Origin: Dehalococcoidia bacterium
GTDB taxonomy: Bacteria > Chloroflexota > Dehalococcoidia > Lucifugimonadales > CBDEGW01
Assembly: GCA_965237935.1 (NCBI GenBank)
Contig: CBDEGW010000004.1
Location: 93,340 to 157,339, forward strand
DNA: 64,000 nt
Direction: 5' to 3'
Part shown: piece by piece, positions 28,252 to 38,616 of the stretch
Numbering within the stretch: position 1 is the stretch's first letter
How the letters are laid out: every line of letters starts with the position of its first letter
The notes under the pieces: generated by a model
Told to the model about the DNA's origin: nothing
The model's database searches: none
The model's input: the letters and a program-made list of their open reading frames with translations, nothing else
Translations under genes and position numbers: made by a program

Positions 28252-29132
28252 GGCCGGCTCCCCTCTCGGGCTTTGGCAGAAGCTGCCTCCAGGGTCCTCC
28301 GAGCCAGCACCCCGGCTACCTCCTTTCGATACTCGTCGGAGGCGTGTAGGTCGGACGGAGGGTCTATTTCTTCCGCTACCAGTTTGCCGACCTCTTCCAG
28401 GGCTTCCTGGTCCATTCTTCTACCCATCAGCATCTCTTCGACGGCGGTCATACGGACGGGAGCCCCATCCACGCCAAAGAGGACGATACGGGACCCATCG
28501 CAAGCCTGGTTTTCGTCCAGATGCAGCATTGTGATGGCGCCCACAAGGGCGAAATCTCCATCGCGTCGGCACACCTCCTCAAATCCCCACTCCCAACCCT
28601 CTGGCCAGGCTGGCAACCTGACCTCTGTGAGGACCTCTGTTGGCTCTATGGCCGTAGTGAAGTAGGTCATGAAGAAATCTTCGGCCTGCACCAGCCTCTG
28701 CGATTGACTGCTCTTTAGGACAAGTTCCGCCTGAAGTGCCAGGCTCAGGGCAGGCAGCTCCGCCGCCGGGTCTGCGTGAGCAATGCTGCCCCCGATGGTG
28801 CCTCGATTGCGAATCTGGAAGTGCCCAATGAAGGGCATGGCGGCGCTCAGTAAGGGAGTCCGCTCCTGGACCAGATCCGACAGTTCCACAGCACGCTCGC
28901 GGGTGAGGGCCCCGATGCTCAGGCCACCATCGTCGGATAGTGAGATGTGCTCAAGCTCCGAGACGCGGTTGATATCGATGACCACGGAGGGACGGGCGAG
29001 CCGCATGTTCATAAGGGGCATCAGGCTCTGGCCGCCAGCCAGGATCTTGGCATCGTCCCCGTACTGCTGGAGCAGGTTTAGGGCTTCTTCCAGGCTGGAT
29101 GGGGCATAGTAGTCGAAGTTCGCGGGCTTCAC
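28248..29132 (-). CDS. FAD-binding subunit (CoxM-like)
   Basis: LAGGQSL, QIRNRGTIGGSIAHADPAAE. Confidence 0.95.
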   Translation of the reverse strand: MKPANFDYYAPSSLEEALNLLQQYGDDAKILAGGQSLMPLMNMRLARPSVVIDINRVSELEHISLSDDGGLSIGALTRERAVELSDLVQERTPLLSAAMPFIGHFQIRNRGTIGGSIAHADPAAELPALSLALQAELVLKSSQSQRLVQAEDFFMTYFTTAIEPTEVLTEVRLPAWPEGWEWGFEEVCRRDGDFALVGAITMLHLDENQACDGSRIVLFGVDGAPVRMTAVEEMLMGRRMDQEALEEVGKLVAEEIDPPSDLHASDEYRKEVAGVLARRTLEAASAKAREGSRP

Positions 29133-29599
29133 CGGGCCTCACCCTTGAGGCTTTCACCCTGGAGGGAGTTGGCCTCTCGCTCTATTGCATCGAAGAACCT
29201 CTTCAATAGCAACTTGGTGATCCCTCCTATGACTCTCTGGCCTATGCCGGCGATCTTTCCGCCTATTTGAGCATCAATGCTGTAGGACAAACGCGTTTTC
29301 TCTTCCACGGGCTGAAGGGATACAAGGCCTTCCGCCTGAACGAAGCCGGTCAAGCCATCGCCCGTAAACCTCATCCTATATGAGGTGTTGGGCACCTTGT
29401 CGTATAACGCGACTTTCCCCTCGTACCGTCCTTTTACGGCGGCGATGTCCATTTCCAGGATCACCCGGTACTCCGACTCCCCAATGGGCTCGAAGAGACG
29501 GCAGCCCGGGGCGCACTTGGCCAACACACTGGGGTCATTAAGCGCAAGCCACACCTGCTCTGGTGGGCTATTCAGAAGAATATCGCTCTTAATATCCAT
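29129..29599 (-). CDS. coxG: CoxG/SRPBCC-family protein
   Basis: VWLALNDPSVLAKCAPGC, IGGKIAGIGQR. Confidence 0.88.
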   Translation of the reverse strand: MDIKSDILLNSPPEQVWLALNDPSVLAKCAPGCRLFEPIGESEYRVILEMDIAAVKGRYEGKVALYDKVPNTSYRMRFTGDGLTGFVQAEGLVSLQPVEEKTRLSYSIDAQIGGKIAGIGQRVIGGITKLLLKRFFDAIEREANSLQGESLKGEAR

Positions 29600-29646
29600 C
29601 GTTTGCCTGGGGTTTCTCCACAAACAACTTCGAGGACAAGGCTGGC

Positions 29647-31428
29647 TTATGAGTTCTGGGTGACCACGTCCACCAGGGCGCAACGCTTATCCTCAACTAC
29701 CACCCGAAGGGCCCGCTCCAGGGCAGGCCGTAGCTCCTCAGGGTGCTCAACGGGGCCTTCGCCATGGACGCCGAAGGAGCGGGCCATGGAAGCGAAGTCC
29801 ACCTCCGGGTTCTCGATGCGAATGCCCACCACCCTGTTCTCTACGGAGCGCCCCCTATGGGCTGCTACGTCTGCCTGGTGCTCCTCGTCGTTGTAGTAGG
29901 AGCGATTGTTGTACATGACCGCCAGGAAGGGGATCTGGTGGTGCGCCGCCGTCCACAGAGCACTGGGAGTGAATAGAAGGTCGCCGTCGGCCTGGAAAGC
30001 GACGGAGAGGCGGCCTCTGGCGCGGTTGGCCAGAGCTATCCCCATGGAGCGGCCGAAGGCTCTGCCGAGGCCGCCCCCACCGCGACTGGCCAGGTACTGG
30101 TAGGGCTGCTTAATGTCCCAGAGACGCCGGGCCCATCCCCTGACGTCGCTGGACAGCACCCAGTCATGGCCCTGGACAACCTCCCAGACCTGCTGGGCTA
30201 GGAATGAAAGGGCGACGGGACTCTCGGTGGCCGCTCCATAGGCTTTCTCCTTTGACGCCTGGGACAGGGCATCATGTCGGCCTCTTAGACGGTCCGCTCT
30301 CTGCTGAATTTTAGACGCTGCATCAGGCCGCCCCGCCAGCCTGCGCTGGCAGAGGTCGGCCAGGGCCGGCACTGCTAGGGCGGTATCGGCGGCGATGGGG
30401 AGGTCTACGGGTTGCAGTCTTCCAAAGTCGCTTACCCAGCTCCTCACGGAGTACTGACGCAGGGATACGTCGATGATCCGGGCCTCATCTGGAATACGCT
30501 CTATGGCTCGCCGGGTCACCCGGTCCACGGTGGTGATGGCCTGTTGGAGGTCGTAGACGTCCAGGGCCAGGATTACATCCGCCTCGTCCAGGAGCTCGCC
30601 GGCGGCTTCTGTCAGGTTCAATGGATGTCGGCTGGGGAAGTTGAACAGGTCTCCCATGTCGATTACCGGCAGAGCCAGGGTCTCCGCCAGGCGGACCAGC
30701 CCATCGACGGCCAGAGGGGCCTTGCCCAGGTAGGAGGCCAGAACGACTGGGCGCTCGGCATCCAGAAGCAACTCTGCGGCGTGGATCAAGGCTTCGGGGT
30801 CGGCCTGAACGCGGCTGGGCTTGTTATAACGAGACATGTCCGGCAGGGACACGGGTTCATCCAGCTTTTGCTCCTGCAGGGCGGCGTCGAAGCAGACGTA
30901 CACTGGGCCCTGGGGCTCTGACGTCGCGATCTGATAGGCCCGCAGGAGGGAGTCCACGAAGCCCTGGATGCTTGCTGGCTGGTCGTCCCACTTGACGAAG
31001 TCACGTACCACTTCTCCCTGGACCAGGGCCGTGTGAATCCAGTCGATCCAGGGCCGCCGCTGCTCTACGGCCATGGGGCCCGTGCCGCCAAGAATCAGCG
31101 GGCCGGACCGGTCCGCCCAGGCGTTGAAAATGGCCATGGAGCTGTGAAGAAGCCCGACGATGTTGTGGACGGCGGCGGCCATGGGCTTACCGGCGGCTCT
31201 GCCGTAACCATCGGCCAATGCCACGGCCACCTCTTCGTGAGGACAGAGGATGGTCTCTGGGCCACTGTTTTCGCCGTAGTTGACCAGAGAGTCGTGAAGG
31301 CCCCGAAAGGTGGCTCCCGGATTGAGGGAGACGTACTCAATACCCAGGGCCCTGAGCATATCGACAATGACATCGGAGCCGTATTCCGCCTTGGTGGTGC
31401 GGGCTACCGCTTCTCGTGCGACGGCCAT
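29647..31428 (-). CDS. Thiamine pyrophosphate-binding enzyme
   Basis: LNPGATFRGLHDS, HEEVAV, GDGD-like ADGDLLF...NN. Confidence 0.92.
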   Translation of the reverse strand: MAVAREAVARTTKAEYGSDVIVDMLRALGIEYVSLNPGATFRGLHDSLVNYGENSGPETILCPHEEVAVALADGYGRAAGKPMAAAVHNIVGLLHSSMAIFNAWADRSGPLILGGTGPMAVEQRRPWIDWIHTALVQGEVVRDFVKWDDQPASIQGFVDSLLRAYQIATSEPQGPVYVCFDAALQEQKLDEPVSLPDMSRYNKPSRVQADPEALIHAAELLLDAERPVVLASYLGKAPLAVDGLVRLAETLALPVIDMGDLFNFPSRHPLNLTEAAGELLDEADVILALDVYDLQQAITTVDRVTRRAIERIPDEARIIDVSLRQYSVRSWVSDFGRLQPVDLPIAADTALAVPALADLCQRRLAGRPDAASKIQQRADRLRGRHDALSQASKEKAYGAATESPVALSFLAQQVWEVVQGHDWVLSSDVRGWARRLWDIKQPYQYLASRGGGGLGRAFGRSMGIALANRARGRLSVAFQADGDLLFTPSALWTAAHHQIPFLAVMYNNRSYYNDEEHQADVAAHRGRSVENRVVGIRIENPEVDFASMARSFGVHGEGPVEHPEELRPALERALRVVVEDKRCALVDVVTQNS

Positions 31429-31464
31429 AACCCTCCTCCTTGACCAGCGATGGTTTTAAGAATT

Positions 31465-32727
31465 CTACTCTTTAGCTTTCAGTGCTCCCAGACGGTGCAG
31501 CTCCTCCCGGCTCTTGGTGCAGATGTCCAGGGCGGCCAGGGCGTACACCTTGGTACAGGTTAGCAGGTTCTGGATGCCCACGCCTCGCCGCGTTCCTCCG
31601 GCGGTGTCCCAGGCCTCTGCCACCTCCTTCTTTGGCTCCGTTGGGTCCGTGAGGTGGGTGCCGAAACCTGGGCCATAGGTGATGGTGGGCACGCCATAAG
31701 GGGCGATGCGCGCGCCATCGCTGGTGATGCTGTAGCGGATCGGCGCTGGCCAGGGCACATCCTGCCCGGTGACCTCCTGGTGGGCCTTAGCCATGGTCTG
31801 AACCACGTATTCCTCTTTGCTTATCTCATAGCCCGGGGTGGACATATACAGCTCCACCTCGTAGGAGAAGGTGGGGTCCTCCCCACGCACCTGGGCGCAG
31901 ACCGATTCCAGCATGCGCCTGATCTCCAGAGGGGGTGTATCAGGAATGGTCCGAGCGACCACAAACAGCTTTCCCACGGGCCAGATGCCGGGCTTGAAGG
32001 GATAGCCCCCTTCCAGGGCCCCTATACGGAGCAGGGGAAGCATCAGATGGTGTGGGTAGCGCTCCTGGTAGCGGGGCTCGTAGTCGGCGATGGCCTTCGC
32101 CGTCTGGAAGGTCTTCTCCACCCAGTTCGTGCTGCTGGCGCTTACGGTAATCTGGGCCAGGACGTAGCCCGCATTGCCAACCTGGAGCTGTAGGCCCGTA
32201 GGCTCCCCGATGATGCACATGTCGGCGGTGACACCATGGTCCATCATGTATGCGGCGCCCACGCCGCCTCCGCGGTAGGTCTTACCATGGTAGCCGCTCA
32301 CCTGGGCCTTCTCTATCTCCCCAACAACGCCCGAAATAATGATGGTGCCCTCCAGAGGTACCTGGGCCTTCTGCAGGGCCTCAACGGCTCCAAGATATAC
32401 CGGGAAGGCCGCCTTCATGTTGACCAGTCCCCGTCCGTAGATGCGGTCGCCGACTACCTGGGTGGGCTCCGGCGTATCAAAGTGGTCCAGGTGGCCGCAG
32501 AACATGAGGGTGGCGCCTTTGCCCGATCCCCTCAGCTCCCCGATGACGTTGGGCCGACCCTCCTCCACCTCCTGATACCTGACCCTCATCCCCAGGGCCT
32601 CAAGCTGACGGCCCAGGTACTCGGCCAGGGGCTGCTCCTCGCCGGTCATGCTGACGATGTTGGCCAGATCCACGGCCCACTGTACCAGGTGGTCTCGGTC
32701 TACGGCGGCTAGGACGGCGTCCTTCAT
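31465..32727 (-). CDS. M20/ArgE-like peptidase/deacylase
   Basis: FCGHLDH, YGRGLVNMK, VVGEIE, IIGEPT. Confidence 0.88.
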   Translation of the reverse strand: MKDAVLAAVDRDHLVQWAVDLANIVSMTGEEQPLAEYLGRQLEALGMRVRYQEVEEGRPNVIGELRGSGKGATLMFCGHLDHFDTPEPTQVVGDRIYGRGLVNMKAAFPVYLGAVEALQKAQVPLEGTIIISGVVGEIEKAQVSGYHGKTYRGGGVGAAYMMDHGVTADMCIIGEPTGLQLQVGNAGYVLAQITVSASSTNWVEKTFQTAKAIADYEPRYQERYPHHLMLPLLRIGALEGGYPFKPGIWPVGKLFVVARTIPDTPPLEIRRMLESVCAQVRGEDPTFSYEVELYMSTPGYEISKEEYVVQTMAKAHQEVTGQDVPWPAPIRYSITSDGARIAPYGVPTITYGPGFGTHLTDPTEPKKEVAEAWDTAGGTRRGVGIQNLLTCTKVYALAALDICTKSREELHRLGALKAKE

Positions 32728-32760
32728 GGCGAAACTTCTCCTACCACTATGGTTCGCTCC

Positions 32761-33783
32761 TCAGCTAAGATCGCCGTAGAGCCGCTTGGCGTTCTCGAAG
32801 AGGATCTTCTGCTTCAACTCAGGAGACACGTCTTCCCGAGCCTCCAGCGTGCGTATGTTGTCGGGATACGCATGGTCCCAGTGGGGCCAGTCGGAGGCGT
32901 ACAACAGAACATCCTCACCCAGAAAGGCCGCTGCCTGTGGCAGCAGCTCCTCCTCGGTCTCGACGCTGATGAATACACGTCCGCTCTTTACGTGGTCGCT
33001 GGGCTTCTGCTTGCATAGGGGGGCCTCCACCGGGCCGCGGTGCTCCCACTCTTCGTCCATGCGACCTACCCAGTAGGGTACCCAGGTACAACCCGCCTCC
33101 ATAAAGGCGATCTTCAGTTTGGGGAACCTGTCCAATACCCCACGGAAGATGATGTTGGTTATCTGCATCATCTGGGCAAAGGAGTGGGAGAGGGTGTGGA
33201 CGTCGATGAAGTGGTCGAACAGGTCTGCGGCGAAATAGTGGGGGCCCCGGACCGTAGCGTGGACCGCTAGCACGGTGCCCAGGCGCTCCGCCTCCTCGTA
33301 CACGGGCCAGTAGTCAGGATGGCCCAGAGGCTTCCGCAACCCCACCGCCGGAAGCATGGCGCCCACGAGCTTGAGCTCGGTGACGGCGCGGCGCAGCTCC
33401 TTGACCGCCTCCGGGACGTCCTGGAGGGGCACCAGGGCGACGCCGTTGAGGCGTGGGCTGGCCTTGAGGAACTTCTCCGACAGGAAGTTATTGTAAGCCT
33501 GTGCCGTCGCTACGGCAAAGTCGGGCTCCCGGATCCAGCCATGAGCCAGGCCGCTGGTGGGATACAGGATGGCCTTCTCCAGACCACCGGCATCCATGGT
33601 GTTCAACCAGCTCTCGGCATCTGGCCCCTTGGTCCCAAGGGTCCCGTACAACGAACGGTCCCACGCATCGCTGACGTAAATATCTACCTGGCGGTTGCGG
33701 TAGGGGGCCTCCATGTACTCTCGTATCTGGGCGTCGCTCTCGGTAATGTGGCCGTCGGCGTCTATTACTCTTGTCTGGCTCAT
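32761..33783 (-). CDS. Amidohydrolase_2-family protein
   Basis: IDADGHITE, FMEAGCTW, YASDWPHWD. Confidence 0.92.
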   Translation of the reverse strand: MSQTRVIDADGHITESDAQIREYMEAPYRNRQVDIYVSDAWDRSLYGTLGTKGPDAESWLNTMDAGGLEKAILYPTSGLAHGWIREPDFAVATAQAYNNFLSEKFLKASPRLNGVALVPLQDVPEAVKELRRAVTELKLVGAMLPAVGLRKPLGHPDYWPVYEEAERLGTVLAVHATVRGPHYFAADLFDHFIDVHTLSHSFAQMMQITNIIFRGVLDRFPKLKIAFMEAGCTWVPYWVGRMDEEWEHRGPVEAPLCKQKPSDHVKSGRVFISVETEEELLPQAAAFLGEDVLLYASDWPHWDHAYPDNIRTLEAREDVSPELKQKILFENAKRLYGDLS

Positions 33784-33859
33784 ACTGAATCCTCCTGTAT
33801 TTTTAGCCAACCGCTTCTTTCCCGCCCCTGGCGTTTATGTTTGAGGAGTGTCCCCGGTC

Positions 33860-33984
33860 TTGCACAAAAAGTCCAACGCTTCTTTCCCACCCACCCGCCC
33901 AGAGGCTTTATCCAAGGGGGTCACCCCCTTGAACCCCCGACAGGGAACCCAAGTTCCCTGTACCCTCCTAGGGTTTTTGTGCAA
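33860..33984. repeat. MITE-like structured repeat, copy 1
   Basis: 11-bp TIR TTGCACAAAAA...TTTTTGTGCAA enclosing two hairpins; homologous to 40237-40370. Confidence 0.8.
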
Positions 33985-34080
33985 AGCTATGTATCCCTTC
34001 AAGCTCCTTGGCAGGGGGCGATGCCTCCGGCACCCCTATGTCGTCAGGTAGAGGACTACCGCTATATCTAAATAGTTAAG

Positions 34081-35142
34081 TCACAAATTCCTGGGGAAGC
34101 GTTCCACCCAGATCGGTATGGCTTCCTTATTGAAGACGTTGTCGGGCACCTCGCCCCTGAGAGCCTTGAGCACAGACTCGGTTGCCCATCTGATGCCTGG
34201 GCCCAGCCCGCTTCCCACGTTGCTGGACACCATGTGAGGCGAGAGCAACACCTTACTTCCAAGCTGTCTCAGAGGGCTTTCCTGGAGCAGTGGCTCATCT
34301 TCAAAGACGTCCAGGGCTGCGCTGGCGATGGCCCCCTCTTTGAGGGCCGAGGCCAGGGTCTTCTCGTCCACCACGGGGCCTCTCGATGTGTTTAGCAGAA
34401 TGGCCGAAGGCTTCATCATCGACAGCTCGGCCTCTCCCAGCATGTGGCGTGTCTCTCTGTTCAGGACCACGTGAAGGCTCACCACGTCCGAGTCTCGGAG
34501 GAGGGTGTGAAAGTCCACGGACTCGGCTCCGTGCTCATCAAACTGGGAAGACGGGATGTACGGGTCACAGGCCAGAACCTTGACCCGCCACGGCCTCAAC
34601 AGGTCGGCGAAACGGCCACCGACTCTCCCCAGGCCCACAATTCCAATGGTGATACCCTGGTAACCGTCGGCCCTGGCGCCAACATAGGTGCCCTGGAGGC
34701 TGTCGTCCCTCCAGCCGCCCTCTTTGACGTGGGCATCCCTTTCTCGCAGCTTCTTCAGTAGAGAGAGCATCGATGCCATGCAGCCTTCTGCCACTCCGCC
34801 CCAGTTCGACTCTGTCGGTGAGTGGGTCACCAGGATTCCAAGCTCCGTAGCGGCCTCCACGTCCACATCATCGACGCCAATGGTGTACTTGGCGATGATA
34901 CGCAGCCTGTCCGAGCTCTCCATGATCTTCCTGCTGATTGGCGAGCTTCTGATGGATGTTCCAGTCAGGGCATCACAGTCCTTGGCCAAGGCGCACATCT
35001 CTTCTTCATTGTTCCCTTGGGGGGTTGCCCACGACGCATTGCCAAGAACCAGCTCGCAGCCGGCATTCTCAAGAATGCGGTGAGTCTCTCCTTCCCTGTC
35101 GGCGGGAGCAAAGATAAAGACTTTATTTTGCGGCGTTGTCAT
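34081..35142 (-). CDS. D-2-hydroxyacid/phosphoglycerate dehydrogenase-like NAD oxidoreductase
   Basis: GIVGLGRVG, LNTSRGPVVD, LDVFEDEP, LSPH. Confidence 0.92.
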   Translation of the reverse strand: MTTPQNKVFIFAPADREGETHRILENAGCELVLGNASWATPQGNNEEEMCALAKDCDALTGTSIRSSPISRKIMESSDRLRIIAKYTIGVDDVDVEAATELGILVTHSPTESNWGGVAEGCMASMLSLLKKLRERDAHVKEGGWRDDSLQGTYVGARADGYQGITIGIVGLGRVGGRFADLLRPWRVKVLACDPYIPSSQFDEHGAESVDFHTLLRDSDVVSLHVVLNRETRHMLGEAELSMMKPSAILLNTSRGPVVDEKTLASALKEGAIASAALDVFEDEPLLQESPLRQLGSKVLLSPHMVSSNVGSGLGPGIRWATESVLKALRGEVPDNVFNKEAIPIWVERFPRNL

Positions 35143-35191
35143 GTCGTACCTCACTGGCGGCGATGTATTTTCCCATTTCAGGCCAACGCGG

Positions 35192-35518
35192 TTAAAAGTC
35201 CTCCCTGGGGAAGACCGGCGGCACCGGGTCGAGCGTTTCCAGCTGGGGGCCCAGCTCCTGATCGATCTCCTCTATGGCGCTGAGGAGAGCCGAGAGGCGG
35301 TTCACCACGTCGTTGATGTCCGGCTCCGGGATGTACAGGCTTACGGCCTGGGCCACGGAGTGCTCGGCGCACACGGTGATGTAGGCGTTCAGAGCGGGAT
35401 TCCAGCGCTCGATGCGCTCCAGGTATGCCCGCACCAGCTCCACCGGGGACAGCTCTCGCCTGGCAATGAGACGCCCTTGCTGGGCGACGCTCATGTACGT
35501 AAGCTCCTGGCTGCTCAT
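35192..35518 (-). pseudogene. Deletion chimera: amidase N-terminus fused to a GatC-like C-terminus
   Basis: First ~58 aa are a typical amidase start (SPVELVRAYLERIERWNPALNAYITV); the remainder is an unrelated small helical protein. Confidence 0.7.
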
Positions 35519-35553
35519 TACCCTCCTCCTGGGATGGCGCTAGGCCAGGCCCT

Positions 35554-37331
35554 TTAGCGAGAGATGCGCATGTCCAAAACCACGGACTGGCCCGCCCGTA
35601 CTCGCTCCAACCCTCGCCTGATGGCGGGCATGACCTCCCCGGGGTCTTCCACCTTCTCCCCGTACCCTCTACATACTTGGACGAGGAGGTGATAGTCGGG
35701 GGAGGGGTCTATGTCCACCCCAACGTAGTTGCCTGTGCGCTTGGCGGCGCTGTCCGGGATGTTGTTATTCCAGTTATTCACCGTGGCCCGGTGCTGGGAG
35801 TTGTTGAAGATGACGGTCAGGACCGGCGCATCGTACTTCTCTGCGGCCCAGAACACCGAGGTTGGCCGCCCAAAGACGAAGGCGCCATCGCCCTGCAGGG
35901 CGACCGCGTCTCTGGCGGGGTTGGCCAGCTTGGCCCCGAAGGCCGCACCCAGGGCCCAGCCCAGGCTGGCGCCGCCGCTGCCGAAGAAGGTGTTGGGCAG
36001 GGTCCGCCTCAGCAGCGACGTTACTGCTTCTGCGTTGGTCACCGTCTCGTTCATAACTATGGCATCCTCAGGCAAAACCTGAGACAGACAGTGGGCGACC
36101 CATGCGGGACTTATGGGCTTCTCCTTAGCGGTGGCTTCAGCCGCTGCCACGGCTCGTTGCCGTCTCGCCTCCGATTCTTCTGCGATCTGGGCGGCCCGCT
36201 CCTCGATGCTTTTACTGTCTCGCTGCGCTCCCTCACCGCTTCGACCAGAGCAGGTAGGGCCTGCTGTGAGGCGGCGTGAATCAGGAGGTCTGCCGGGAAG
36301 GTCCACAAGGGAATGGTGTCCTTGGTGGGGTCAATATCTATCCAGGCGATTTTCGCTTTGGGCTCCAGAGTATCCTCGTCCGGCACCCACGGAACGTCAT
36401 GGTCGATGACCAGGATGACATCTGCCTCTTTGATCATAGCGGCATCGGCCCCCCCAGCGTTCATCGGGTGGTCGGTTGGCAGGTTGAGGCGGGTGCTCAG
36501 GCCACCGAGGACTCGAGCGCCCACGGCCTCCGCCAGAGCCGCCAGGTGGGGCACCGTTTCAGGATGTCGGCCTGGCGTCCCAGCTATAATTAGGGGATAC
36601 CTGGCCCCGATCAGCCAGTCTGCCAGAGTGCGTAAAGCCTCGGCGTCGGCTGCGGGGGCGATGGGTGGGGAGTGGCGGCTGACGGGCGGCACCTCCAGGC
36701 GGTCTATCTTCTCCAGCAGGTTGGCCAGCAGGTTCTCCCTGGGCAAGGTCAGGTAGACTAGGCCGGCGGGTTCTGATGTAGCCACTTGGAAGGCCTTCTG
36801 CACCACCCAGTTCAGACTCTCGTTGCGTCGCAGCTCATAGTCCCACTTGGTAAAGGTGCGGACGATGCCGTTCTGGTCGGGCTGCTCCTGAATCCAGTGG
36901 ATAGACCTGTCCTTGGCGCCGGGGAGGGCGCCGCCGATAGTCATGGGAGCGCGGCCCGCGCAGACCACCACCGCGGAATGGTCGCGCTGGACGTTGTGGT
37001 ACGCTCCACCAAGCTGGGCCGTGCCGGCATCTACGTGGACTAGGACCACCTGGGGGCGTCCGGTTAGCTGGTAGAAGCCGTGGGCCGCGAATATGCCGGT
37101 GGCCTCGTCTATGCAGAGGATGGCCTTGGGGGTCTTCCGGCCCTGCTCCATCATCCGAGACATTGCTTCCAGGATGGGGAAGGTATCGGTGCCCGAGTTC
37201 AGGAAAAGGTACTCCACTTCATTGCTATTGAGCATTTCGACAAGGCCCTCGGCGCCGTCTTGGACGGATATTGTGACAAGCCCAGGCGAGGGTTGCGCCG
37301 TCTCCACTGGTGAGCTAACTCGGATGGCCAT
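35554..37331 (-). pseudogene. TPP-binding enzyme with a -1 frameshift in an A4 run near 36210
   Basis: N part FLNSGTD...DEATG, C part GDGAF...NN; adding one A joins them (ETVKSIEERAA). Confidence 0.85.
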
Positions 37332-37417
37332 GGCTTCCTCCTAGCTGTCACTGGGGTTGAGGTCCATAAGCGCGCTTCTGCGTCCCAAAGTGTCAGAACT
37401 AAGAAGTTGGGAGTGAG

Positions 37418-38500
37418 TCACTTCAGGTTATAGAACCGAACCGCGGCGCCTCGTAGGATATTGTACTTCTGCTGATCGGACAGGTCAGTGCGGCTCTGCA
37501 TCTCGTGAAGGGATTCGGGGTAGTCGCCGTCCCAATGGGGCCAGTCAGTGGCGTACATGATTAAGTCGTCGCCTATGAGGCTCATGGTCTGGCTTAGCAT
37601 ACGCTCCTCGGCCTCGCAGCCGAAGAAGAGGTTGCCCCCTTGGTGGACGTACTCGCTGGGCCTTTTGCTCAGCAGAGGCGCCTCTACTTTGCCCCGATGC
37701 TCGTACTCTTCATCCATTCGGTCCAGGTACCAGGGCACCCAGGTGGCGCCGGCCTCCAGGAACCCAAAGCGGACGGTGGGGAACTTCTCGAACATCCCTT
37801 CGAACATCATGCTGGTGAACTGGCGCAGTATGCCGAAGGGATGAGAGGTGGTGTGGGCCTGGATAAACTTGGGGAACATCTCTATGCCGGCGCCGCCCAT
37901 GTGGGAGCCGGAGGCATGTATGCCTATGGCGACGTCTAGCTCCGCCGCTGCCCTGAACACGGGGTCGTAGCTCTTGTGGCCCAGTAGGTGGGAGCCGTCT
38001 GCGCACAACATGGCCGCAGAAAAGCCCATCTCCGTCTTGGCGCGGCGTAGCTCCTTGGTGGCCTCCTCCGGGTCCTGTATCGGCAGCAGGGCTGCTCCTA
38101 AGATACGGCCGCCGCTGGGCTTGCACACCTCTAGAGCCAGCCAGTTGTTGTATGCCCTGCTGTAGGCTGCGGCGTAGTCAGGGTCCTTGATGAAGCCGGC
38201 GAACAGCCCTCCCGTTGGGTAAAGCACTGCCATCTCCAAGTCGCCCCACTCCAGGGCCTCCAGCCAGTCCTCAATCTTGTCGCCGCGGCTCCCGTGTCGC
38301 GGGCGATCGAAGCGGCTGCGGTTCCAACCGTCGTGAGGGGCCAGGCCGCCCAGACCGGAGCCGGTATTGTAATGCTCCTGGTAGGGCATCTCAAGGTACT
38401 CAAGGAGCTTGGCCTTGGGTTCAACGATATGGCCGTCGCCGTCAATTGGCCTGAAGTCGACCTCCCGCCTCTCCCTCCCTGCCCTCTGCGTCTGAACCAT
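37418..38500 (-). CDS. Amidohydrolase_2-family protein
   Basis: IDGDGHIVE, FLEAGATW, YATDWPHWD. Confidence 0.92.
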   Translation of the reverse strand: MVQTQRAGRERREVDFRPIDGDGHIVEPKAKLLEYLEMPYQEHYNTGSGLGGLAPHDGWNRSRFDRPRHGSRGDKIEDWLEALEWGDLEMAVLYPTGGLFAGFIKDPDYAAAYSRAYNNWLALEVCKPSGGRILGAALLPIQDPEEATKELRRAKTEMGFSAAMLCADGSHLLGHKSYDPVFRAAAELDVAIGIHASGSHMGGAGIEMFPKFIQAHTTSHPFGILRQFTSMMFEGMFEKFPTVRFGFLEAGATWVPWYLDRMDEEYEHRGKVEAPLLSKRPSEYVHQGGNLFFGCEAEERMLSQTMSLIGDDLIMYATDWPHWDGDYPESLHEMQSRTDLSDQQKYNILRGAAVRFYNLK

Positions 38501-38616
38501 AGGCGGCCTCCTTCGAATCTGCAGCGTGGCATCACACTACCATAGTGCAGGTGATTTGGGAATACGAGCCTTCCAGTCTCCCATATCTCTGAGCGGCCCA
38601 CGCATAACGTAAGAGT

